A stretch of 64,000 bases of DNA, taken from Blepharisma stoltei ATCC 30299 (lineage: Eukaryota > Protista > Ciliophora). The position numbers and the translations under genes were made by a program. The stretch is taken from positions 1 to 64,000 of the forward strand of contig CBFDEM010000054.1 of assembly GCA_965603825.1 (NCBI GenBank), read 5' to 3'. Positions 37,963 through 49,150 of this stretch are shown in pieces. The number at the start of each line of letters is the position of its first letter. The first letter of the stretch is position 1. The notes below the pieces were generated by a model that saw only the letters and a program-made list of their open reading frames with translations, was not told where the DNA came from and made no database searches.

Positions 37963-40353
37963 ATGAGGTTGACTGAAAATGCCATTCAAAAGCTACAGAG
38001 TAGAGGAGACCTCAGCTCTTTTATGCCAATTTTAAAAGTGGATTCTGGAGGAAATAGCCCTGAATTTGGATATACCGCCCGACTATCAGATGGCTCATCA
38101 TCATTAGATGCAGTCATTTCTAACCAGGATGGATTAGAAATTGAGCCTGGAGATTTGGTGCTATTAAAGCGATACAACTTTTTCCCAACAAGTTCGGGTC
38201 AAGCAAAACTAATGATTTCCGAGATCGAAAAAATTGGTGGCTCAACGCCATCAGATCCCCACAATCCTAACGAGCCAACACTTAAATTCACCCCCATCCA
38301 TAGCCTTCGGCCTTACCAAAAAGGCTGGACCATCAAAGCCAAAGTCTCTCAAAGGACCCACATAATACATTGAGAAAAAGACTCAGGCTATCATTTTGTG
38401 GCAACTTTGCAAGACGAAGAAGGAGACACTATAAGAGGAGTCTTTTTTGAAAGATCTGCAAGGAAATTTAATTTCCTCGAGCAAAATAAAACTTATGCAT
38501 TCAGCAATGGAAATGTAATTTTGGAAAGAGAAGAATTTGCGACCCCTCGGAACCAATTTCAAATCATTTTTGAGGATGATTCAAATATATGTGAAATTGA
38601 AAATGAACCCGAAACAATTTATATAACAGAGTTGAAAGAAATAGAAAACACACCAAGAAATGAGCTTATTAATATATGTGCCTTAGTTAAAAAATGCGGG
38701 GAAGTATCTGAGAAAAATACGAAGACAGGAAAACTGCATTTAATACAAAATATTAGCTTGATTGACCAAGCACTTAAGGAATATGATTTGTGTATATGAA
38801 ATAGTGAAATCGAAAAATTTCGGATGAAACCTTTCGACGTTATTGTAGCAACCAAGCTCAAAATTAGCGATTTCCATGGAAAATTGAATTTGAGCACCAC
38901 AAGAAATTTATCAGAAGTTTATATTAATAAGCTTGAGCTGGAGCAAGTTGAAATCTTGAAAAAATGAGGAGCTGAAAATGAGAATTTGATTAGAGACCGA
39001 GTCAATAAAATTAGAATCCCTATAGAATCGCCAAAAAAGAAAATGGAAGCTTCAACAGAAACTATTTTTACACCTATTGCGCAGCTAAACCCATTTATGG
39101 TAGTGTGAGCTATAAAAGCTAGAGTATTTAAAAAATATGTTGTCCAATACTTCAATGAAAATCCCGGGAAATTCTTAGCATTTCATCTAATAGATGCTGA
39201 AGGGACTAAAATTTCTGGAATCTGCTTCAACAAAATAGCAGATAAATTTGACTTTATCAGAGAAGACGCTGTTTATTCAATAAAAGGTGGCTCAGTCCGT
39301 CATGAAAGGCCAGAATATAAATTTTTTGAATCAAACTATAAAATTCAGCTAAATGACATATCTGAGGTAAAAGAATTAGATGACGATGGCAGCATACAAA
39401 AATATCAATTCGAATTTGTCTCAATTTCCCAGCTTGAATTACTAAATGAAAATGAAATTATTGACATTTGTGGAATTATTGTCGAAGTTTTCCCTCCTTT
39501 CGAAATTCAATTGAAAAATGGAAACTCAATTGTTAAAAGATATGTGAAAATTGCAGACGAGACTTTAAATTGCATTGAGATTGCTCTTTGAGAAGAAGAA
39601 GCAAATAATGCTAGCATCGTTAAGGGAAATGCCATAGCTGTAAAATCTGCTAGACTCAATAATTACAATCACCTTTCTTTAACTACAGAACGGTCGAGGT
39701 CGAGAGTTCTATATAGCATTGACCACCCAAGGATAAATGAACTAAAAAAATGATATCAATCTCAAAACATATCAGGAGCCGAGCTCTACAACTTAACAGT
39801 CCAAAAAGAGCCTGTCTTCTCCACACTTTCCGAAATTAGATCTAAATCTTCATCTCTCCTATCAGAAAATTTCAAAATTTACGGATACATTGGAGCCATA
39901 CATCACTATAATGACATAAGTACCATTGCATATCGCGCTTGCTGCTCACAATACTGCAGAAGAAAAGTAAAGACACAAAATGAAGAAACTAAACAGTTCT
40001 ATTGCGGATTCTGCAAAAAAAGCTTCGAAAATTGCAATTTTCTTTATAATTTTCAAGCAGAAATCGTTGACAGTACTGGATCACTAAGAGTCAAAATATT
40101 TGATGAAGTTGGAGCAATAATTTTTGGAAAAAGTGCAAATGAGCTTATAGATTTGATTGAGCATTATGAAAACAGCTTTTTATTTTCTATGACTTCTCCA
40201 CTAAATATTGAGTATGAGATGACGCTAACGGCAAGAGGAAGTAAAACTACTGGAGAAGTGTCATATGTTTTGCAATCAATTAAGCCTGTAAAGCCTAAAG
40301 AAATAGCTGAACTGTATTTGAAAGAAATTTACGATTACTTGTCTCCGGACTAA
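37963..40353 (+). CDS. RPA1/RPA70-like ssDNA-binding protein with duplicated DBD-A/B, 796 aa
   Basis: N-terminal OB (RLSDG); FTPIHSLRPYQKGWTIKAKV and FTPIAQLNPFMVVWAIKARV; two DBD-B-like units; DBD-C zinc finger (YRACCSQYCRRKV...CGFC), IVDSTG. Confidence 0.85.
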
Positions 40354-40511
40354 TTATAGTTTAAGTTAAATTTTAATTATGTGAAATTTTATTTAACAAG
40401 AATTACTTTAAGAAACTGCCTCAAAATATAGGCATATTTTCTTGAATATATGAAGAAATCATTAATTCTCATTTTTTTAACTACTTTATAATATATTTAA
40501 TTCAATTATCT

Positions 40512-41735
40512 ATGGAAGGTGCAATTAAAACTGGTTGGATAGAGAAGAAATCCCACTACCTAAAAAAATGAAGGAAGCGTTGGCTAGTTCTCGACGAAAA
40601 TTTTTTGCGAACCTACAAATTTCCTTATCAATTTGTCAACCCTACAGCAACAATTAAGATTTCCTCTATAGTCGACGCTATCCCATACGAAAGCGACTCT
40701 TCCAAAGATTTTTGTTTTAAAATTTCAACATCAACTCGTCAGTATATCATTTCAGCTACTTCTGATGTCGATATGATTGGATGGCTTAATTTAATCAACC
40801 ATGCTAGAAGATCGCCTCAAATATCGCATTTCTCATCATTTAACTGTATGCATGAGCGAAAAGCGCTTAGCGAGGTCTCATTAATATCGTCCTTTTCAAA
40901 GCTTAAAGAAATCCTTTATGCTCGAGAGCAAGAATTAATTGAAAATTTAGATGAAGCTTATCAGTCGAATATTGAAGAAATAAGCATAGAAAACTGCCAT
41001 TTAGAGAAAATCCTGCAAAAGGAGACAGAAAGCTATGGAAATGTCCAAGCAATTTTAAATTCAACTGACAGCATTGTGGAAAAAATAAGAAAAGTACAAA
41101 GAATCTCTGCCCAGAGCCTGAGTTTTAAGAAGTTTGATTATATAGAAGGCATCGACATCAAAACCTCAATCCAAGAAGAAAACTTAAAAAAGCTTTTTTC
41201 AGGCAACATAAAAGTAAGCCTAGAAAATCCACAAGAAGTCAGTGTTAGGAGAACCAATATAACAAGAGCTTTAAAATGAAGATACACAGGGGAAAGAGTA
41301 GACGCTCTAAGCTTTTCTGCTTCAGAAGACGTGATGCTTACAGGAGTTGGTATTTGCATGCCTTATAAATTTGGAGGACTTACACAGGTTAAAGATTTCC
41401 AAGTACTTAAAGGTAACACTTCATCTGCATTAGGAATTTATAAGCACCCTCACAAGTTTTCTATGCAGTTTAATCCTGATGACTCAGTGTTCAAAGTGAC
41501 TATGGATAAGCCTGTGAATCTTTCCAAAGGAAATAAATATACAGTGATGTTTTGCATTGAAGGATCGCATACATTTAAATGTGTTGACTGTATGCAGAGT
41601 GTAACTGGGCCTGGAGAAGTCAATTGGGATTTCGAAAATACTGTTTTCTCTCAGACTCATCAAAGTAATAGATGTGATACAATATGTGGGCCAATTGCTG
41701 ATTTTTATTACATAGTTGGGCATGCAAGGCAATAA
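40512..41735 (+). CDS. PH domain + coiled coil + PHR domain protein
   Basis: KTGWIEKKSHYLKK-W(TGA)-RKRWLVL (PH); W(TGA)RYTGERVDALSFSASEDVMLTGVGI...GPIADFYY (PHR). Confidence 0.8.
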
Positions 41736-41832
41736 ATATTTTATAATTAAATATTCATTGATATTTTATTGGAAATTAATAGTAATTTTGAAATAATCCA
41801 TCTATTAGAAGTTACCATAATCTTTTTTTACT

Positions 41833-43164
41833 ATGAAATTTGCATCAACTCCAGCCTATTCAATAGGTGCAAAAACCATCTCAGAGCCTAAAACTACCAA
41901 CAAAATGACGCCAGGGCCAGGGACTTATGCTGTTAGAAAAGAAGAAGTTGAAGTCCCTGCTCCTTATATTGGCACAGGTCTCCGTCCTGAACTTTACCCT
42001 AAAAACATGTACCCAGGCCCAGGTACCTACAGTGTCCCTTCCTTTTTAGAATCCAAAAAACTCTCAAAATCTGACAAAAAGCGAGACAAAGCAGAAAAAA
42101 CGTCATCAGGTCGAGATAAAACTGACAAAACCAAAATGGATGCCCCAGGTCCAGGGTCTTATAACCCTCAGAAACTGACCCGTTCCTATTCCTACACCAT
42201 GGGGAACAAGATTTTTAACATCAACAGCGAAAAACCCCAAGAATTAGGCCCAGGACAATACAATCCAAATTATAAAGCAGTCCATACTCAATATATGAGC
42301 AAGTTTGGGGTAGGCAAAAGACCAGAAATGTTTACAAGTAAAGGAGTTCCAGGACCTGGGCAATATAATCCTGCTGATAAACCTGATGGTCCACAGTTTG
42401 GATTTGGAACTGAGCCTAAGGCTAGAAGGCTCCTTAGCAGTGAAACTCCAGCTCCATGGGCTTATGATATACCAGGGATAGCTGAAGAGCTGAAAAACAA
42501 GCCAGGGAAAACTTTAGCCCCAAAACGCCCTTTTACTATAAAAGACTCAGGAGCTCCAGGACCTGGGGCATATCAGCCAAGACTTAGCGATACAGCTCCT
42601 TCATTTTCAGTCGGCACAGGAGCTCGGTCTAGCTTTACCAATGTTAAAAAAAGTCCAGGTCCAGGCGAATATGACCCGCAAAACCCAGCTCTGATAGAAA
42701 AATTCTCAAAAGTAGGCACAGGGAAACGTCCTCCATTATCAGTCCCAACCCATACACCAGGACCTGGAGCTTATCAAGTAGAAAGTACTATAGGTGGGCC
42801 TAAATTTGGAATGAGTGGCAGAAGGACTGATCTAAAAGCCACTGAACAAGTCCCAGGACCTGGCGCATATGACCCAACTATCAATTATGTTGTTAAAGAT
42901 AGCACTCATATAGGAATCGGGACTGGACAAAGATCAAATTCTTCCAGAAATAGACCAAGCAACGTCCCTGGGCCTGGGAATTATAATTTTTATAATAAAA
43001 AAGCTCAAGGACCATACTGGTCATTTGGTAAAGACCCAAGAAATAAAGAAACCTTTGACGACGACCCAGGCCCTGGACAGTATGAAATTCCTTCCACAAT
43101 TGCAGATGTTCCGAAATATCTTATGGCAGTCCCTGGAGCTTCAAATTCTTCGTTTAAATCTTAA
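41833..43164 (+). CDS. SHIPPO/ODF3-like PGPG-repeat cytoskeletal protein
   Basis: More than ten (T/V/S)PGPG(A/T/Q)Y repeats. Confidence 0.9.
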   Translation: MKFASTPAYSIGAKTISEPKTTNKMTPGPGTYAVRKEEVEVPAPYIGTGLRPELYPKNMYPGPGTYSVPSFLESKKLSKSDKKRDKAEKTSSGRDKTDKTKMDAPGPGSYNPQKLTRSYSYTMGNKIFNINSEKPQELGPGQYNPNYKAVHTQYMSKFGVGKRPEMFTSKGVPGPGQYNPADKPDGPQFGFGTEPKARRLLSSETPAPWAYDIPGIAEELKNKPGKTLAPKRPFTIKDSGAPGPGAYQPRLSDTAPSFSVGTGARSSFTNVKKSPGPGEYDPQNPALIEKFSKVGTGKRPPLSVPTHTPGPGAYQVESTIGGPKFGMSGRRTDLKATEQVPGPGAYDPTINYVVKDSTHIGIGTGQRSNSSRNRPSNVPGPGNYNFYNKKAQGPYWSFGKDPRNKETFDDDPGPGQYEIPSTIADVPKYLMAVPGASNSSFKS

Positions 43165-43179
43165 TAATTTTAATACAAA

Positions 43180-44385
43180 ATGGCTGCTAAAGTGACTATT
43201 GAGTTTCCAAAAAATTCAGAAAAGAAAGAGAAATTCTTCAATAAATCAGTCAGAAGGTCAATTTCAGTATCGAATACAGAGCCTAGAAGCTCAAAAACTA
43301 TGTCAATTTCTCCTGCAAATTCTGAAGCCTGCTATAAGGATTTAAAGAAACCTCAGCTTTTATTACTAAGCAATAAACTATCGATTAGAAGAAAAAATAG
43401 CGAAAAACCCCCAGCAAAGCATAGCAGGGTTTCCCCAAGCCCAAAATTTGAAAATATTCCAAGACGGCAGCTCTCAGCAACTCGCCCACGAGCTTTATTA
43501 AGGAATAGGAGTTCTAATGCAACCTCAAAGTCACAAACCGAATTAATTACATTAGAAATCCCTTTGCATCCTGACAAAGATTATTGAAATGAACGAATTT
43601 ATTGAAAAGCAAGAAAAATGAAAGCACAAGTTTTAATAATTAATTTTGAAGGTGTCATAGGGGACTACTATAGAGGTTCGTTTTGAAGCTTAGAGCCTGC
43701 ATCTTTTAAGCTGAGAGATGGGCTCTTCCAGGGGATGCTAAAATTATCGCAAAAATTCCGGATTGTAATTTTAAGCTGCTATGCGAGAAATGCTACATGC
43801 GAGATGACGGAATTATTCCAAAGCAAAAAAATCCATATTGACGCGATTTATCAAAAAAGACATAGAGAGTCACAGCCAAAATTTAGACATGACTATACTG
43901 CGATTTTTAAAGATTTTGAAGTTTCACATGAAGAGTGCATGATTTTAGCAGCTATAGAGCTGGACGCTGGGGAGATACAGAATAGGAGCGGGAGTAATGT
44001 GATTTTTGAGGACTCAGCATCTTCTTTGAGTAAATATTTGGTGAAGGCTGCGCCAATACCAAGTAAAGAGTATCAGTATACACCTATTACAATTTTGGTT
44101 CCGCATTTCAGATTTTCTGAAAAACTAGGGTTGTCTGCGATTGCTGAAGTAATTATTGATGTAAGAGCGAACAAAAGTATGTATAAAACCTCAGACAACT
44201 TTTTTCAAGACTCCTTAAGAGTTTCTATCCCAATTCCTATTGATCCTGATCTACCTTGTATAGCTGTAGATCCAAATCTAGTCAAAGCTCCAGAAGTGTA
44301 CTTCTATATTTTTTATAGTTTCCCTAAATCAATTCCAACGCTTCCACCTGTATCTACAAGATTAACCAAACGAACAAAACAATAA
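43180..44385 (+). CDS. Uncharacterised protein (disordered N-terminus, possible degenerate HAD-like fold)
   Basis: Two fragments in one frame joined through TGA; VLIINFEGVIG motif. Confidence 0.65.
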
Positions 44386-44489
44386 TGTTATTAATTATTA
44401 TCTATTTATTTTTTAAATAAAATCTCCTAGGCTAGCTGTTTACGTTCCCAAAATCATAATTTTTAACCATTAATCTCAATTTAATCAAT

Positions 44490-47489
44490 TTATCTATCTG
44501 TGCATCCAATCACCCCTCCAAGCCACCTCAAAAATCCTCCCTCTTCTTTTTTCTTTTTTTGTTTTTTTACCACAACTGGCATGGGTTTAATGTTGACTCT
44601 CTTTATCAGCCTTTCCAGCTCTTTTTTCTTTTTTCTCAGCACGTCTTTCGAAATGGATAATTCTTTTTCATAATCTTCTATTTCTTCTAATGGCTGCAAA
44701 GTGTTTATATACATGTCGTATTCATCTAAGCTCTGAGCATTTTTATTAACCACAATATTGGTATCTGGGATATCTGGGGCTGTTATTATTTTTTCTTTTC
44801 CATCATTTAGCCAAGCTTGCTCTAGGCTTGCGTAGAAGTCTAAATGCTGCTGCTCGATGAGTTCGCGTTGAGTTTCAAATTCTTTTCGATTATCACGGTC
44901 TGTAGAAATTGAGAAACTTTTAGCCATTTTGGATTTGGGGTTGATTTTTACAGGTGGAACTGGAGAGGAAGCAATTGGCTCAGGAAATTTAAAATTTTCA
45001 GAAACATTTTTCTTATGAGATGTTGCTGGAATTTCATTTTCCGAATTGTTTTTCAAAATCTTGGGGTTTTCTTGAGATTCATAACGCTTTTTCTTTTCGT
45101 TGAAATCTAAAGGTGAAAATGAGGAGTTCTCATAATCAATCTGTGGGGCTGGATTTTCTATTTCAGGGTTAGAATTATCATCGGATGTATAATACTCCAC
45201 TTGCTTATAGTCTTCTTCATGGCCTTTTTTTTGGTTTTCGATGTTTTCTTTTATTTCAATTTTAAAATCTTTAGACATTGTTGGCATTTTTTTAAAATCA
45301 GGCGGGCCGGAAAAATATTGAGGCTCATTGCTTTTATTATGATTATTCTTTAATATGGATTTTTTAGCGTTTGGATATTCAAACTTGTCTTCTGAAAAGC
45401 TTAAATCGTAATTTGATGGAATATCGCTTTTAAAAGATTTTATGGCTGGAGACACACTTCTTTGAGGCTCAAAATTGTTTGATTTGCCTGGACTTAGATA
45501 TGGTGGATCGATTGACTTAGATTGATCTTTAGGGCTATTAGCTTGGAATTTTGGTGAAAGGATTTGCTGAGAAATCTCAGTTTTTTGATTTTTGATAGGC
45601 TCAATTTGCTTGTTAGGCTTTGGTGGTGCTACAGGGTCAAATTCAATGTTTTCTGGTTTTTGATCAATTAATTTAGTATTGTTTATGGCTTTTTCATTTT
45701 TCTTAGGAGAGTTCTTTTTTAAAGCTTCTTCATCTTCTTTTTTTACTATAGGCGCTGCACTTTTTTCAGAAAGTTTTAGGTCATTTTTCTTTGAATTAGT
45801 ATTATTTTCATTCAAATTTTCTTTTAAAGATACAATAACATCAGGACTGCTCTTTGAAACAATACTTTTTTCATTTACCTTTTCATAAGATTCATCTGAA
45901 TCAATTTTAATATCCTGAAAGTCTTCTTGTGGGGCTTCTTCTTTAACTTTTGTCAGCTTATCTGCAGATAAAGCTGCAAGTGATTTATCAATTGATGCTT
46001 TTACATTTTCTACTTCTACTTTTAAATCAGGCTTTTTTTTGTTTTTTTTCCTTCTAGATGGCAAATTGCACCATTGTTCTAAATTATCATATAATTTATC
46101 TTCTTTTGGTGCCTCATCTTTTTTTGGTGCTTTGGGTGGCTTTTTAGGAGTTTTTTTCGCAGAGCTTGACTCCTCAAAGGTTACAAATTTTATGTCATCT
46201 AAACTTTCACTTTTTGGATTTTCTATTTTTCTGGCAGGCTTTGCATTATTTTCGTCAAATTCAATTTCTGGTCTTCTGGGACTTTTTTCCATGCTTCTTG
46301 CAAGTTTTGCATTATTTTCTTCAAAATCAAGCTCTAATTTCTGTGGACTTTTTTCTATATCAATTCCTGAGACTCTTCTTGACCTCGGAATTTTGTTGCC
46401 TCTTTTCAATATTTTTGAAACTTTAGCAATCGGCATAATTTCTTCAACATTAGCAGTTTGGAAAAAAATGACACAGTTATCCCCATCAATGGATTTCACA
46501 ACGCCTTCAGCCATTCCATAATTTTCTACATATTTTCTAATAAAAGACCCTACAGGAATTTCAGAAGGAGTTTTCAAAAAGGCATGATTTAAAATATCAT
46601 TTATCGGCATTCTTTCAGTCGGCTCAACTTTTAACAATTTTTGCATTAAATCTTTGGCGGCATCTGACACAAAAGTCGCATATCTTGGGTTGCATGAAAT
46701 TATTTGCTGGACTTTTTCATTTTCCCTTGCTGCGTTAAAAGGTGACTCCCCATGCAGCATTTCATATAAAAGTACCCCTAAAGCCCAAATATCAAGTTCA
46801 AATGAGTGCTTTTTCCCAAGCACCATTTCTGGAGCCATATAGTCTAAAGTCCCACAGAATGTGCTTCTTGCTTCATCTCCTTTAAAGCACCATCCAAAGT
46901 CACAGATTTTTACATTTCCATTTATGTCAAGCAGAATATTTTCAGGCTTAATATCTCTATGCACAATTTGATTTTGATGCAAAAATTGGATTCCTATTAC
47001 AGTCTGTAAAAAATATTTTCTTGCTACATCTTCTGATAGTCTGCCTATTTTTTGAATTTCTTGAAATAATGATCCGCCTTCTGCGTATTCAATGATTAAA
47101 TATATGTTTTGGTTATCTTCAAGATGCTCGTGAAGTTTGATTACGTTTTGATGATTAATCCCTTTGTGAACAGAAATTTCTCTGAGTAGAACTTCAATGC
47201 TGGCTTCTCTTTCAAGCAATTTTTTATTCACAATTTTTAATGCATATTCAGAGTTAGTTTCCTTGTGACGAACCAGTTTTACTTCTCCATAAGACCCTTT
47301 TCCAAGTATAGTATTTAAATCTTCGAAGTCTTCGAGCTTAAATAAGCTTTCTTTTCCGCAATTTATCTGATGGCCTTTATATCAGTCTTGGAGCCTGCAG
47401 TCCATGCTGCAGTAGGTTTTCTTTTTGCATCTGGGGCATAGGTGCTGATTTTTGGCCTCTTTTTTGCAATTTTTGAAATCACATAACAT
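44490..47489 (-). CDS. MYND-type zinc finger + Aurora-like kinase with long disordered tail, 999 aa
   Basis: MLCDFKNC...CPRCKKKTYCSMDCRLQD-W(TGA)-YKGHQINC; GKGSYG, HRDIKPEN, DFGW, TFCGTLDYMAPEM. Confidence 0.88.
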
Positions 47490-47846
47490 TTTTATAATTT
47501 TTAGGATTCGTTATAAATTTGTAATTTATTTAACTTACAAATGTATTACAATAAATTTTAAATAGATGGCTTAAAGAAATGGAAATAATTAAAATAAATT
47601 GGAAGGATTGAGCTTTAAGAAATTAGTATTTTGCAAAAATAGGTAGTGCATTTTTAGGCTGAATTTATATATATAATTTTACTTAACTGCCCAGTCTGCC
47701 AATATAATTTTTTTTTAAGTTCAATCTAAAAATTATAATATTTGTAAAATATTAGAGTAATAAATAGTGCTAATCCAAAACTAAAAACTTAAAAATTATT
47801 GCATCCCTTTAATAGCCAAAAAAACGAATATGAAATTTTATAAACT

Positions 47847-49127
47847 ATGTTTCGAGCAAGCCTCTTTACTATTCCAATATCCTTAATAGCACTCATAGTT
47901 TCAGGATTTAGCACTTCTTCTCAAAATACCCAACTTTCCCCAGACCTGGCATTAAATTCTTCCCCAGACCAAACATCAATATTTTTACAAGATACCCTGC
48001 AAGCCTCCCGAGACACAACTTCAGAAAGCACGCTCTCTTTTATTCAGCAAGAAGATAGCTCAACTGAAACATCTGAAGCCTCGTCAGATACTTCTTCTTC
48101 AGATACAGACGACACCAACCCTTTAGACCGTGACGAAGATAACCATCAACTCCCTGAAGATTCAGATGATGGAGGTGATGAATATTCCGGCGGGGACACA
48201 TATTATATTCTTGCTACCAGTTTTATTGATAATGAAGAAAGCACAGGAAAAGTATATGTAATTCCTATGAAATCTGAAGACTCTTCTTTTGAAATTTTGG
48301 GAGGGCTTGAAAAACCTGTTGGAATTTGCTTTGATATTAATAACAATTTTCTGTATGTAGTTGATGCAGGGACTGGGAATAATGATGGATATATTTATCA
48401 GTATGAAATTTCATGGGATAAAGAAAAAAGCTTTGCTTTATCCAGAAATATTTATGTGATCGTATATGAAGGGGAGTCACCTTATGATTGCAAAGTTGAT
48501 AAATATGGCAATTTATACTTTGTAGAGTCAAGCTTAAACCAAATCAACGCAATCAGCTATCTTGATTTATATACAGGCCTTAAAAACCAGCAATATACCT
48601 TATATCAAGCTGACAGTGACTCTAACACTGATATAAGTTCTCCATGTGCTTTAGATCTATACGAAAGCGAAGGAATTTACTATGTGAATAACGAGGATTT
48701 CGACACTTCCGGAACAGTAAACTACGCCCTCATTAATTCAACCACAATTAACGCAAATGATATCCAGCAATGTGTAACTCATGATGTAGCACCCTGGGGT
48801 GTTACATATAGTGAAGAAGAGAGAGTTTTTTATTCTTTGGACAGTGGAGAACTATGTGGATTTGATATAGGAAATAATACCGATTCCTTTGTTAAAGTAA
48901 GCCAACTTAGTGAGCCTAGAGGACTTTGCTATGGAGATGGGAAAATTTATATATCTGATCATTCTGATGGGGTGATTTATCGAGTTAAGGATAATGATGA
49001 AGAAGAAACACCAACTGCTATTGTGAATCTGCAAGGGGCTTATGCAGTGTTTTGTGTAAATGAAGGAGATTTTGCAATAGGGTTGGTGATAATGTGGATT
49101 GCTTTAATTAGTTATCTATTAATATAA
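47847..49127 (+). CDS. Secreted/membrane-anchored acidic beta-propeller (NHL/YWTD-like) protein
   Basis: Signal peptide; GLEKPVGICFD and LSEPRGLCYGDGKIYISD blades; hydrophobic C-terminus. Confidence 0.72.
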   Translation: MFRASLFTIPISLIALIVSGFSTSSQNTQLSPDLALNSSPDQTSIFLQDTLQASRDTTSESTLSFIQQEDSSTETSEASSDTSSSDTDDTNPLDRDEDNHQLPEDSDDGGDEYSGGDTYYILATSFIDNEESTGKVYVIPMKSEDSSFEILGGLEKPVGICFDINNNFLYVVDAGTGNNDGYIYQYEISWDKEKSFALSRNIYVIVYEGESPYDCKVDKYGNLYFVESSLNQINAISYLDLYTGLKNQQYTLYQADSDSNTDISSPCALDLYESEGIYYVNNEDFDTSGTVNYALINSTTINANDIQQCVTHDVAPWGVTYSEEERVFYSLDSGELCGFDIGNNTDSFVKVSQLSEPRGLCYGDGKIYISDHSDGVIYRVKDNDEEETPTAIVNLQGAYAVFCVNEGDFAIGLVIMWIALISYLLI

Positions 49128-49150
49128 GAATTAGACTGAAAAAATGTATA

